DNA from: Rhina ancylostomus
Taxonomy: Eukaryota
DNA length: 64,000 bases
Reading direction: 5' to 3'
NCBI GenBank assembly: GCA_030265395.1
Contig: JARFYF010000012.1
Location: 4,063,339-4,127,338, forward strand
Below the pieces are notes generated by a model that was not told the DNA's origin, ran no database searches, and was given only the letters and a program-made list of their open reading frames with translations. Of this stretch, positions 1 through 12,742 are shown piece after piece. Numbering within the stretch: the first letter of the stretch is position 1; the number at the start of each line of letters is the position of its first letter. The translations under genes and the position numbers were made by a program.

Positions 1-489
1 TTTTACTGCATGGATAATCTTGTATGCTCAGGAGCCATACTTTGACCTGCTTGAAAACTACAGTGTAGTTTTAAAAAGTTGCAACTCTTGATTCAATTGA
101 CTTATCACTGCGAGTTCAGTTTGCTGGTTGTGAATTGAGCTTGTCTCCTAACATGTCATTAGAGTTTTATTCAAGTAGAAGAGGACTAAAAATTGCATGT
201 TTACTCATTTACAACTGGCACTTGAACCTAAGGATTACAGTATTAGAATTACTGGAGTTATTCCTTATGATATAAGGAATACAAATAATTTGAAATAAGT
301 GATGTGTATGTATACTAAAGGATCAATAATTACAACTGTAATTTGTGTAGTAATAAACTGTTAATGTGACCAGGATTTCATGATCAGTTGTATAATATGG
401 AATAAAAATATTAACATTATCAACACTGAATTAGTTGAGTACCAATATTTGCTTATTAAATTGGTATTATAGCTGAGATCAGATAATAT

Positions 490-1285
490 AGGTCAGATTG
501 GAAAATTGGTGCAATGTTGGCAGATGAAATTTAATCCTGACAAGTGCAAGGTGATGCATTTTGGGAAGTCCAACAGGGGTAGGAAGTGTATAGTAAGTGG
601 TAGGGCATTAAGGAATTTTGATGAATGGAGGGACCTTGGGATTCAAGTTCTAGTTCCCTGAAAGTAGCAACACAGGATGGCAAAGTAGGCATGTGGCATG
701 CTTTCCTTCCTAGGTTAGGGCATAGGATATAAAAGTTTGGATGTTATGTTGCAACTTTACAAAAGTTTGGTAAGACTGCACTTGGATTATTGTGTGCAGT
801 TCTGGTTGCTACACTATAGGAAGGATGTAGTTGTGCTGGAGAGAGTACAGAGGAGATTCACCAGGATGATAATTGAATGACTTTGGTTATGGAAAGAGAT
901 TGTATCAACTGGGCTTATTTTCCCTGGAGCAAAGGAGACTGAGGAATTACCTGATAGAGGTACATTAAATTATAAGAGGCAAAGATAAAATAGATAATCA
1001 GAGTCTTTTTCCAATGGTAGTGGTATTAAAAACAAAAGGCATAGGTTTAAGGTGAAAGGAAGGAGTTTTAAAGGAGATTTGAGGTTGATATCTGGAATGC
1101 ATTGCCAGAGGAGGTGGTCAAATCAGATACAATGCCTACAGTTAAGAGATGTTTAGACAGGTACTTAAATAGACAAGCCGTAGAAGAATACAGATCTAAT
1201 GTGGGCAAATCGGATTTGTGTAGATAGGCAAAAAGGTCGGCATGGATGTGATGGGCCAAAGGGCCTGTTTCTGTGCTGTACAACT
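490..1285 (+). mobile_element. CR1/HER1-type LINE 3' fragment, degraded
   Basis: RT C-terminal remnants (cacttggattattgtgtgcagttctgg, HLDYCVQFW) and the typical tail gggccaaagggcctgtttctgtgctgta. Confidence 0.85.
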
Positions 1286-1297
1286 GAGATCTTGGCC

Positions 1298-2000
1298 ACA
1301 TAAGAACTTAAGAAATAGAAGCAGGATTGGGCTTTGAAGTTCAATAAGATCATGGCTGATCCTGTGCCTTTCTTAACATGTCATCATGTTCCCAGATTCT
1401 CTTACGGCCCAGAATATTTCTATCTCAATGCTGGATGTTCTCCACAACTGAGCTTTATCAGCCCTCTGAGCTGGAGGGTTCCAATGATTTACAACCCTTT
1501 ATATAATAAAAAAAAATTCTCCTTTTCTCAATCGTAAATGTCCATCCCTCTATTCTGTGAATACATCCCCTTGTTTTGGACTCCTTGGCTATAGCCTTTT
1601 AAACCCTGAAACATTTAAAATTTTGAAGCAAATTGACAGAGATCACCTCTCATTCTTTTAAACTCCATTAAGTAACAGCCAATGTTTCTCAGTCACTTTT
1701 GTAAGATAATCCCTTAGCCCGGGTATCATTCTTGTAAGCCTCAGCTGCACCAATGAGAGAAATACAAGGCCAGTATACAGTATCTCTCATTGGTCATAGA
1801 TCATTCGGTCACTGTGCATTTCTTCCTGCACACCCAAATCCATCTGTGCATGAACATTTAATAGTTTCTTGCCACTTAAATTTTTTTTCTTATTCTTTCT
1901 AGTAAAGTGTACAGTCTAAGATACTCTCACTTTCTTGCCCACTTGTTTGTCATTTTATTTATGTTATCGTGATTCACTTTCCATTCTAGTTTGGTGTCTC
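1298..2000 (-). mobile_element. CR1-type LINE 3' fragment, antisense, old
   Basis: Begins with the reverse tail cataagaacttaagaaatagaagcagga, followed by antisense RT-end remnants. Confidence 0.6.
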
Positions 2001-2194
2001 ATTAAATTTTGATACATAACAATCCCTTTTTTCATCTGTCACGATGAAGCTCAGTTGAAACATGAGTATGTGCACAATGTCTGATATGTCATTGTGTATC
2101 ATAGGTTTTAGTTTACAATAGTTTAAGCAACTCTGGCATCTATCACAGTACACAGGACTTGAACAAATTCTACTTGCACAGTATGAGGAGAGTT

Positions 2195-3900
2195 GTATTA
2201 GTGGTTTGGCAACTGGCTATACTAATTTTTTTGAGGATATAACCAATCAGGTAACAAAAATAGAAGACCAGTAGATACAGAATATAGATTTTTCAAAACT
2301 TATTTGTGAGGGTGCTACATAAGTTTATTACATAAAACAGGAGCCCATGTTGTTGAAGGTAATTTACTGTCATGGAGGGTGAAGTGATACATTTTGGAAG
2401 ACCAAACAGACAGAAAGCTAAGAAGTTAGAAATTAGCAGAACACTTTGAGGTTGATATGCCAGTGGGGTGCCATAAGGGATCAGTATTCACCCTTAGTCA
2501 GAATTTACATAAATGACAGTTGGAAAGAGGATGTAAAGTAGTTGAGTTCCCTGATGATTCAAAGCTAGAAGGGAAGGTCAGTCTGATCAGAGCATGAAGA
2601 TGACAGATGAGTATGAGGTCATAGAGTTATACAGCACAGAAACGGGCCCTTTGATCCACCATGTCCATGCTCATTCTCACTAATGTAGCAGTGTGTACTT
2701 TGGTTTGGGGAAAACTAGAAAAGCTGAGTAATTTTTAATTGGTGAGAAAATGGTAAATAATTTTGTGCAGAATTGGTGTGCACATTCAAGAGACACACAA
2801 AGTAACATGCAGGTATAGCAAGCAACTGGAAAGGTAAATAGTATATTGGCCTTCATTACAAGTGTGCAGTACAAAAATAAGGAAGCCGTATTGAGATTGT
2901 ACAAAAGCTGTGCTCACTTGATCTCTAAGCAGTGGTCTTGGAGTCATTGCAATGTAGATTTACCAGGTTGACATAAGATGACATATTTGACCTATGAAAT
3001 TTAGCGTGAAAGGTAATCTCAATTAAGGCATATGATTCTGAATGGGTTTGTTAGAAGTTTTGCTTAGCAGCTTTTGTTCTCAACTCTGCACCGAGAACAA
3101 AAAGGGCCTTGTCTCATGATAACGATCAGCCATTAGGATTGGGATGAGAATTTTTTTTATGCAGTGGCTTATAAATCTTTGGCATGTTCCTTTTGATACT
3201 CACCAACTTTTATCGATGCNNNNNNNAAAGCATCCTATCTGGATGCATTCACAGCTTGGTATGGCAACTGCTCTGCCTGATACTGCAAGAAACTGCAGAG
3301 AGTTGTGGACAGCACATCAGCCTCCCTTCCGTAGACTATACCTCTTGCTGCCTTGGCGAAGCAGCCAGCATAATCAAAGCCCCTATCCACCAGCTCATTC
3401 TCTCTTTGCCCTCTCCCATCAGGCAGAAGATAAAGGAGCCTGAGGGCACATACCACCAGGCTGAATGACAGCTTCTATCCCATTATTGAATGGTTCCCTA
3501 ATTCGATGAGATGGACTCTTGGCCTCACAATCTACTTTGTTATGACCTTGCACCTTATTGTCTACCTGCACTGCACTTCATCTGTAGCTGTGACACTTTA
3601 CTCCATATTCTGTTATTGTTTTTACCCTGTACTACCTCAATGCACTGTGTAATGAATTGATCTGTCTGAACAGTATGCAAAACAAGTTTTTCACTGTACC
3701 TTGGTACAAGTGACAATAATAAACCAACACCAATAGTGGTCTTTGGGAAAAATACTTGAAGCTGAAATTAGTAGATTTTTGGATGCCACAGGGATGTGGT
3801 GATTGGATGGGAATTGGATGAGGTATGAGGTTAGTCATGATTTTATTGAATGTATGAGTGGCCTTAGGCAGTCGATTGCCAATCCCTGCTTCTGTCTTTA
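2195..3900 (+). mobile_element. Degraded CR1 ORF2 fragment interrupted by younger insertions (~2615-2680 and 3228-3730)
   Basis: RT motif remnants (gatacagaatatagattttca..., gtggggtgccataagggatcagta, GVPxGSV-like); the element resumes after ~3740. Confidence 0.6.
3228..3730 (+). mobile_element. Rex1/Babar-like LINE 3' end
   Basis: agcatcctatctggatgcat...ttggtatggcaactgctctg...aagaaactgcagagagttgtg (SILSGCI..WYGNCS...KKLQRVV) and tail gtgacaataataaacc. Confidence 0.65.
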
Positions 3901-4524
3901 ATGTTCATATGACTTAGATAAAGCCAGTATCATGTGGCTTTGCTTAGAAGATCTATGTGCATAAAGCAGGTAAATCTTCCTTTCCCAAAAACGTAGTAAG
4001 TGATCTAATTTGACACAAATGTAGAAATGTTTAGAAATATATTAAATCTGATATTGCACCGGTGATTTATAAAGTATTGGGCAATTTCAGTTGCGTGATT
4101 GTTGATGACAATATGAAGAAGAAAATAGTTGTTTGTCTGCATCTACTGGAACCTGAGTAATTGCATCAAGCACTGGCAGGTTAAATGTACAGTGAAGCTT
4201 TGTTATATTTAAAGAGTCATTATCGATTCTGTCTGCCAACCATATTTCTTTTTAATGTACAGCAAAGGATCAACAATGATTGTTTTGCCAAGTTATTTTC
4301 TAGCTGAATCCTGTTTCTTTAATGATGACATTTTTAAATTGTCAACATTTTATTATGTTTATGAATGGTGTTATTTATAACATTCTAGTGATGGTAATGA
4401 ATATTATAGAGCAAGTTGTTAGATTTATAATTCTGAAATTAACATGTACTATTTCAGCTCCTGTAGGTTGTTGCCAGGACAATTCATTTTGTACTCATGT
4501 TGTCATAATTATTTTTCCATTAAG

Positions 4525-4590
4525 GGTTTGAAAGCATTTTGGAAGGGCTGTTTGGACCTAGACTTCTAAAAGATATCAGCCTATTTGAAG
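4525..4590 (+). CDS. LCOR: LCOR upstream exon A (N-terminal extension), 66 nt, phase 1->1: (G)[21 protein letters not shown](D); whether it is coding depends on an exon 1 outside the window
   Basis: Acceptor ttccattaag|GG and donor GAAG|gtaaac. The translation closely matches the LCORL/LCOR N-terminal motif [23 protein letters not shown] as recalled. Confidence 0.85.
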
Positions 4591-6804
4591 GTAAACATTT
4601 TGTTTAATTATAACAACGTCACCTGAAAAAAAATAAGATGGAAATCACAGGGGTTTTTTTTGGACAAATTAGAAAAGAGAAATAGAAGAGAATATTTCTT
4701 GTGTTGTTCCATAGATTTATATTTTGGAGGTGGGAGAGTAAGGAATATCTTCCGACCCAAACTAAATATTCTGTAAACTAGTTATCAGCCACAGTGCATG
4801 TTTGCTATCTACTATAACGGAAAATTGGGTAATAAGAATCCTTAATATTTAGACTTGGTTGAGCATTGCGCAAGGCATAGGCATGAGGGCAAATACAATA
4901 TAAAAAAGCAAAGTAATTTTGTTAATGNNNNNNNNAAGCAAGTGGACTTTCCTGTAAAGTTCACTTTGCAAAAATACTCCAGGAAGATGGATAATGGAGG
5001 GGGGGGGGGGCGGTGGTTGGGGGTCTTCTATAAATAGATTTTGCCTTAAACAGTTTCACAAATTATAAAATTGATTTTTCACTTTTGTGCTTGATTTTTT
5101 TTGTTGATTTGTTCTGAGAAAGGTAATTAGTTTTTTGCTCACCTTAGCCAGATAGGTTACTGATTATCTCTCTGACTTTGGCAAAGGTGACAAAGACGAT
5201 GTGGAAAGGAACTCAAAGGAAAATATTAAACTTCCCAGCCAGGTTCTAAGGACGACAGTAACTGCAGATTACATAAGCTGTAGATTAGCCTCTGATTTTT
5301 TTCTAAGTGTTAATGAAATGAGGCAATGTATTTATTTTGGTTTTGATGTGTTAGAGTGAAGTTCATTTTGCAAAATTCTTGGTGAACTTAAGTTATTAGT
5401 TTTTACAGACAACTGTATATTTTATTTTAAAGAGAAAAGATAATTTGTCTTTTTAGACATCATTCGCAAGCATTATGGATCTCAGTGGCCGTATTGGAAA
5501 GGGATCTTTCTTTCATTTGTTGTTATTGAAGTGACTCTGCATCAAATTAATAAAAGGTGGGCATTAAGGGAATGTCCAGAGATTTTTTTTAAATGTTTCC
5601 TTTTTTTAAAAAAAAATGTGGCAGAAGTGGTATTAGGCTTGCCTGATAATGGCTTTCATTTTAATTTTAAAAATTCTGCTGACTTAATCAATATTTGAAT
5701 GTACATTGTTGTGCATGCATCTTAATTTTAGTTACTATACCTCTTTTGAGTTGACTATTATTAACCAGTCTTTACATTAATACATATAGTTAAAAGGAAT
5801 CCAAGTATTAAAAATTATTATCAACAAAATAGTGAAATGCGTTAATGCGAGAGATGAAATGATTCATTCCAAGTGCACTGTTTCTCACTAACTTGATAAG
5901 ATGCTGCATAAAGTTCTCATTAATTTGATACAACATTGTGCTGCAGTCCAAATTCTGTGGTAGATTCTCTGCTGCTCACTGTTTATGGCATTTCTAGCAC
6001 CTTGATTATCAGTTGGTGATGAATTAAGGAAAGTATGTTGGTGTGGCATACATTGCCTCCTCCCTGGTTTCATGATGGTGAAACATTTAAAAATGAGTAG
6101 AGTCAGTAACTTGGTTCATGATACCTTTCCTGCTGTTGGTTTTAAAACAAATATTGGATTGAGATATGTAGCTTCCTAAATTATCAAATGTGCTAGGAAT
6201 ATTTGATTTACTGTGCATTCTGGAAAGTACTTTGCCTTGGCTACAATATACTGCAATTCCTAATATTAATTCAGTATGTCATTGTGCTTTTGGAAGTAGG
6301 TTGAAATTTAGAGTGTGATTTATTATCAGACCACTTGTATTTAATGCACCTTGAATGAAAAAGAGCATTGACAGAAGGCTTAAATCCTATTGTACCTTGC
6401 ATTACAAGACAACAAAAATGTTGGCTTGGCAATACCTGTATGAAAAACAAAGGAAGAATGGAAGAGTAAAGTTTGTTTGTACACTTGAGAGGAAATTTTA
6501 AAAAACTGCGTCAGTTCTGTTTTACTTGTAAGCAATCTTGTGTATTTCATTTGCAGCAAACAAATGAATTACTCCTTTTGCTCGAGAAGGGGGGAATCTT
6601 AGAAGTATTGCCAAGTGTACCTCTGGTCGACTAAAATGTTGAATGATCTGTCATAATAGAGGTGGCTATTTGACAGATCATTCATTTTCCTAAATGAAGA
6701 ATAGATTGGTTATGGAGTGGCATGGCATGGGAGAGTGGAGAGTTGACAAAAACACATCTAAAATCTGTCTTGTGTTAGGCTAAAATTATTCTTGAATTCC
6801 ACAG

Positions 6805-6882
6805 ATTGTGAGCCTACAGGTGTTTCTGACTGGTCATTTGATGAAAATTTGTCTCTTCTGTTGCTTAAGAGAAAAACTGAAG
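6805..6882 (+). CDS. LCOR: LCOR upstream exon B, 78 nt, with an internal +1 frameshift: DCEPTGVSDWSFDEN, then LSLLLLKRKTE in the entering frame or CLFCCLREKLK in the ancestral frame
   Basis: Acceptor ccacag|AT and donor GAAG|gtaagc. DCEP..SDWSFDENCLFCCLR is the recalled LCOR family motif; an extra T in GAAAATTTGT (~6848-6850) shifts the frame. Confidence 0.8.
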
Positions 6883-7019
6883 GTAAGCAGTTTGAAATAC
6901 TAATATTACTATTTAATTTTGGTGACTGGTTGGTACACTTGGTTAGAACTAAAATATGTTGTTTATTTATCAGGTTGAGTACATTTTTTGTACAAATTGT
7001 GCTTTTTTTTTTCCCCCCA

Positions 7020-7490
7020 ACATTGAGTTTGTCATCTGCACAAGTACATGAATGCATAGGTGCAATGAAAATCTTAGTTGCAGCAGCATCACAGGCACGT
7101 AGCATCATATAAGTAGCATTCACAAGAAAAACATAAATTATACACCATTTTTACAGGACAGAACACAATCAGAACAAAAAAAAAACAAAATCCATTTTAG
7201 TGCAAAGTGATCAAAGTGGTCATAGTATTGCTAAAACTGCAGTGATTAAGGTTTCAAGAACCAAATGTTTGAAGGGAAGTAGCTGTTCTTGAACCTGGTG
7301 GTTCAGGACTTCAGGTTTCTGTACTTCTTGCCTGATGGTAGCTATGAGAAGATGGCATGGCCCAGATGGTGGGGATCCTTGATGATAGATGTTGCCTTCC
7401 AGAGGCAGTGCCTCTTGTAAATACTACCGATAGTGGGGAGGGATGTGCCCGTGATGTATTGGGCTGAGTCCACTACTCTCTACTGCTTCT
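7020..7490 (-). mobile_element. Rex1/Babar-like LINE 3' end, antisense; a short related piece lies at ~8336-8400
   Basis: gaagtagctgttcttgaacctggtggt...gatgtattgggctgagtccactactctc is antisense to the same type of 3' region as 3228-3730. Confidence 0.55.
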
Positions 7491-10400
7491 TACCTTATGT
7501 TGCATTACATTATTATTACATTATAATAATCTTCTTGATTTTGCCAATTCGCACTATAACCTTACATCATTATCTTATGCCAGTTTATGAATGGCAGTCC
7601 AGCAGAACTGTTCCTTTTTTCATCAGAGCTCACTGTCTGTGCCAACAGTTACTTTCTTAGAGCTTACACCTCCAGCATTATGTCCTATTCTAAAATAGTA
7701 GCAGCACTGGGCTACATTGAGCGAGCATTTTGAGGCCGGATGGCTCCCCTACATCCCAGGCAAGGCCTCCCGTGTTGACACCCAGGTGGCTTGTAGAGTC
7801 TCTGCCTTTGGTGCTCATGTGACCCACTGCTATCCAGCTGAACCCACATGTAGTGCCCACATGAGTCAGCTGCTGCTATTGAGAAGAAAATCACCTTCTT
7901 TTCATGTATTGGTGCATTTCTCTGTTCTGTGCCCTCTTGCAGGACTCAATAATATTGTTGGCTCTCGGGAATATTCTCCACTCGTTCCACATGCAAAGTA
8001 AATGGCTGAGACCTCTCAAGATAGCCAATATGTTTGCCATGCCTGCTGTCACTACTGCTATATATGCCAAACTCATTACCATAGGCTTTTCTATGTTGCT
8101 GCTCACTAGGTCAATTAACAAGGATAGTCCTACCAGCAAAGCATTCTTCATTAAAGGCAGCCAACACTCAACCAATAGCAATCTGACACAACAAAATACA
8201 GAAGCCATATCGCAAGGTTCACACAGCTCTTCAAGNNNNNNNNNNNNNNNNNNNNNNNNNNNNNNNNNNNNNNNNNNNNNNNNNNNNNNNNNNNNNNNNN
8301 NNNNNNNNNNNNNNNNNNNNNNNNNNNNNNNNNNNCATCTTTAAAAGAAAGAACACAATTAGAATAAAGAAAACAAAGTCCATTTTAGTGCAAAATGGTT
8401 TTTTAGCATGTTCATTATTTCTTCCCTTACTTTCTACCAGGCCAGCACCAATGTTGCTCTTGATTAGTTGTCACAAGGTCTACAAAGATTGCTTGGTGCT
8501 AATTAAAAGGCAGATCAATTCATCATGCGCTGCTCATCCAGTTTGCAATTCAGTAGTAGTAATTATACATTACTACCTCGCTTAACACTCAGGATGTGTT
8601 CCCAAGAATGAGAAGATTAAGAGCGGTACCAGAATATAATTTGCTGCTCTGCCCTCCCTATCTCTATAGTGACAAGCTCAGTGGTGGTTGAACTTGTCAC
8701 CATTGAGAAAGCTCTAGGTTGGGAAGAGTTATGCGCCCAAACACAGAGGCATAGACGACAGCTTCTATCACATATAACGGGCTGCTAAGAGAGATTTTCG
8801 GATCAGACTAGGATGGACGACACATGGAGAAGGTGCTACCAGTTCCCAGCAGTGGCCTGTACTTGCAATGCTGACCAGAGTGCAGCTCTGAACCTACTAT
8901 TTTAGTGCGACACCAGATACCCCAGCTACACGCAACAACAGTCTCTCCAACTAAATTGTTAAGTCATCGCTGTGGGATTGCCAAGTTCCTAGCACAAACT
9001 TGGCATGCAGCCCAAGCAAATGTCTCTTTAACATCTTATTGCATCACATATGACATGCCACCTAGAAGCTGAATAATTGTAAGGAAATTGGAATTCACTT
9101 TCCTTGTAACTGCAGACAGCAACAAAACACAGTCATCGATAATGTTAGATTTTTCTTTTGACTGCTTGTTGTTTCTCTTCCTGATGGTGGTAAGTCTGTG
9201 TAACATTTTGTGGCCCTCAACATATAGTTTCTGTTATCTGATAATTGCAAGTTATAAATTGCAATGGTGAAGAAGTAGTCACTATTGTACATGCAATCCA
9301 AAGTAAACAGTCCCAGCCATTCTTACAATGACAGACAACATTCCAATTTTGCTTACAGTAAAAGCCTTTATTTTCTTTTGATTTGAAGGTCTTGGTGCAG
9401 TATTTCTAAATCATTTTCTTTAGATTTCCAACATTTGCAGTCTTTTGTTTCTGCCAGATCTCCTGAAACTAGATATCGGAGATAAAAAATGTATGAAAAC
9501 ATTGTTTTCCATCACACAGGATATCCTGATTTGGCTAGCATTGCTATAAAGGCTTTTTTTTGTGTTTACCTTCTCGGTAGGTTTTGATGAGAATCTCAGG
9601 AACAATCAACATAATTTTTCAGTAAAGTCACTTCTATATCTGCCTCTATTTATGTTTAGTCCTACAAATATTAAAGAATTAATCTAAAATATGTACATGG
9701 AATATTTTAAAATTATATATTGACCTGAACACAGTAAATAGTTCTGTGGTGTATAATCTACCTTTAAAACATCCAAGCGTTTATTTTTGCCACATTCTTC
9801 TCTCTTAGCTTTTTTAAAGAAATTTAGTTTCTTGAATACTTCCAGAAGGAAGAATCTTATTTAACCAGTGATAATTCATTTACATGGTTTGCCCCTCTCT
9901 TTCCTTCATTGAGGAAATAGGAATGAAACAGGTTGGTAACAAAGCTTTGGTGAATATAGCTCTACTTGTTAAAGCTTAAGCATGTGTGCAGACTGTTTCA
10001 ATTCTGTTTTCTGTTTCACTTATTTGTTGAGATTTGTGTTTTTTGTTTAATATCTGCTTTTACGGTCCCTTCTCATTCTTTCCCAGTACACTGCCTCATT
10101 CCTGCAGTTAATTAATAGCTTCTATGTTTATATATTATCAATTGATAGCTGGGCTTGAATGTGAAGAAAGACCTATTGCATGAGTTGAATGCTTTGGCTA
10201 TTTTTTATGCTTGTTGAAGTGTAGGATTGATGAACCAATTATTCCTTTCAGTAAATTTCTGATGAGAAATATGTAATAGAGTTTCCTGTTTTGTGAAGCA
10301 ATTCAAGTAAATTCATTGTGATTCATCTTGCATCTGTCTTGCAGTATCTGTTAATTATGATTAGAACATTGTGCGTATGAAATTAGTTTGTATCATATTC

Positions 10401-11249
10401 TTTGGGCACTGTGAGAGCTTTTATAGAATTCAACATGGTGTTTACAGTTATATGATTCATGTTTTATTACATATGCATTCAGATTGTTGGTAAGTGAATG
10501 ATAAACTGAGCAGTGTCTAGGAGGTGCACTTAATGAGGAGTGGGATTTAAAGATGCTGTGGTGCACCTGTCTAAGAATTGTAACTGACTTCAAGCAGTAC
10601 AGGTTAGCTTTAAGTGTGCTAGCTACTTATGACACTTTCCTCTTGCAGAAGCATTCAGCTAGTCAATAATGCAGCACGCACTTATTGATACTATTATATT
10701 AGCAAGCTGCATAAAGTCATTGTGCTGTCTTTGCACTGAAAGGTCACGTGTCAATTGTGCACTGTAGCCATGTGCTTCTTTGGGAGTGTCATCAAATTTA
10801 GCCTACAATATTTGCATTAGCCTCTTGTTCGGAAGTTCTTCAACTAAGAACAAAATGAATAGATGAAATGAGAATTCTTCTTGGCCTCAGTGTGTTTTAT
10901 CTTTGGAAGTTGGGATTTTAAATTCACATTCTTTGAATATACAATATTGCTTTTTGTTTATAGCTCATTTCCTGACTTTGCAGATATTGTAGTTCATAAT
11001 GTGCAAATATTTTTAACAGCCTTACAAAGAACTGTGAGTAAATTCTTAGGATAAACAGAATTAGGTGATCAATTACATTATGAGTGACTGATCTTTGGGA
11101 ATGAATACAGAGCATGGACCACAGAAATTCAATATTTTGTGGTTGTACCATGTAAGCTGTCGATATCTTGTTGGAGGACTCGTGGCAATAATACCTCCAC
11201 CTTTTACTCGTGGAACTCTGTAAATTGCCCACCAGCTTCTATTAAATTA

Positions 11250-11647
11250 AATTTAAATTTTATTTACAGCATGGTAACAGGCCCTTCTGGCCCAACAAGT
11301 CTGTGCCACCCATTTTAAACCACAAATTAACCTACCTGTACATCTTTGGAATGTGGGAGGAAACCGGAGCACCCGGAGGAAACCCACGCAGACACGGGAG
11401 AANNNNNNNNNNNNNNNNNNNNNNNNNNNNNNNNNNNNNNNNNNNNNNNNNNNNNNNNNNNNNNNNNNNNNNNNNNNNNNNNNNNNNNNNNNNNNNNNNN
11501 NNTGTGGGAGGAAACCGGAGCACCCGGAGGAAACCCACGCAGACACGGGAGAACGTACAAACTCCTTACAGACAGTGACCGGAATCGAACCCCGATCACC
11601 GGTGCTGTAATAGCGTTGCGCTAACTGCTATGCTACCGTGCCGCCCA
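11250..11647 (-). mobile_element. V-SINE (HE1-like), young, spanning an assembly gap
   Basis: V-domain core tgtgggaggaaaccggagcacccggaggaaacccacgcagacacgggagaacgtacaaactcc, plus a tRNA-derived head (gaatcgaacccc...gctaactgctatgctaccgtgccgccc). Confidence 0.85.
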
Positions 11648-12512
11648 ATGTGTAGAATTGATGGTGTAGAATTTATTCATTCTATATTACCAGCTGCAAG
11701 CAACACTACTTGCTGTCAATGTTGAAGAGGGTAGTTACTAATAAATACAAAAAGTAAAACACTACAGATGCTGAACCACTTAAAAAAAAAGCGCTACCTG
11801 ACCCGATGAGTGTTTTCAGTCTATTTCTAGAGAACTGGAGTTTTTGTGTGTCACTCTACCTTAGAATGTCACAGAACCTTTTCTCCCTGTGCTACCATGA
11901 CGACGGAATAATAGCAAGTTGGGATAATCAGTGATTGGCATTATCATCATAGTACTCCAAAAGTTACTGCTGTATCATTACATCATTCCCATAACATATC
12001 CTATTTAAAATTTGAGAGGGTTTTTTTTAATCTTGATGGATTACAAAATAAACATTCATTGGGAACTTCAGTCTGAATAAATAGAACTTAAAACTTCAAT
12101 CAGATTTTCTGACTGGTGTAATAATAAATATCATGTCTTTTTGGTCTCTCTTGTTTTTTAATACTCTCTGGTGCGGACATAATGGGTTGAATAGCTGCCT
12201 TCTGTGAAGCAACCATGCTATGATTCAATGAATATGAGTAAAGTGAATTTTATCATATCATTAACAATTGCTTTAGATAATTTGTATTCCTGCTTATTTA
12301 ATCTAGTGTACAGTTTGGTCTTTAATTTTACGGTTGTATTTTCAGTAAAAGCATTAAACTATGTAGTACATTAGTTTGTTTTTGAAAGAAGAAGCAAAAC
12401 TGTGCACAAAGATGCAACTTGTGTACCTAGTAATTTGTAATATTCATTTAGTGAATTTGGTAATGCTACCTCTTTTGCAATTCTAATTGTATGTTTGCAT
12501 TTTTTTTAACAG

Positions 12513-12645
12513 GAACATTCACTTGCTCTTGAACAACCAAAATTAGAAGTTGGAGAAGAGAAATTGTCCAGACAGGAACAGACCAAAATCAACCCCTTAG
12601 AGAGATGAGCAGAAGAATTTCTCAATGCTATACTACAGAAAAGAG
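12513..12645 (+). pseudogene. LCOR: LCOR upstream exon C, 133 nt, with in-frame TGA at 12606-12608: EHSLALEQPKLEVGEEKLSRQEQTKINPLER*AEEFLNAILQKR; probably 5'UTR/uORF or skipped
   Basis: Acceptor ttttttttaacag|GAA and donor AGAG|gtaaat. It matches the recalled family motif ERQAEEFLNA (LCORL ECQAENYLNALFRKKD), with the stop at the Gln position. Confidence 0.8.
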
Positions 12646-12742
12646 GTAAATCATTCCAATAGCTATTATTGTGAACTATATTCCTTCCTGTGAAGAGGAT
12701 ACTTTAGAAGCTACATCCTGTACTGTTTTTGCTTCTATATTT

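Noticed and set aside
11352-11552. Identical ~50-nt direct repeat on both sides of the gap
   Set aside because: Overlapping contig ends within one V-SINE; most likely an assembly artefact, not a CRISPR-like array.
12606-12608. TGA as selenocysteine or programmed readthrough
   Set aside because: The position aligns to Gln, not Cys. The context TGA-GCA is not the TGA-CTA readthrough motif, and I recognised no SECIS element.
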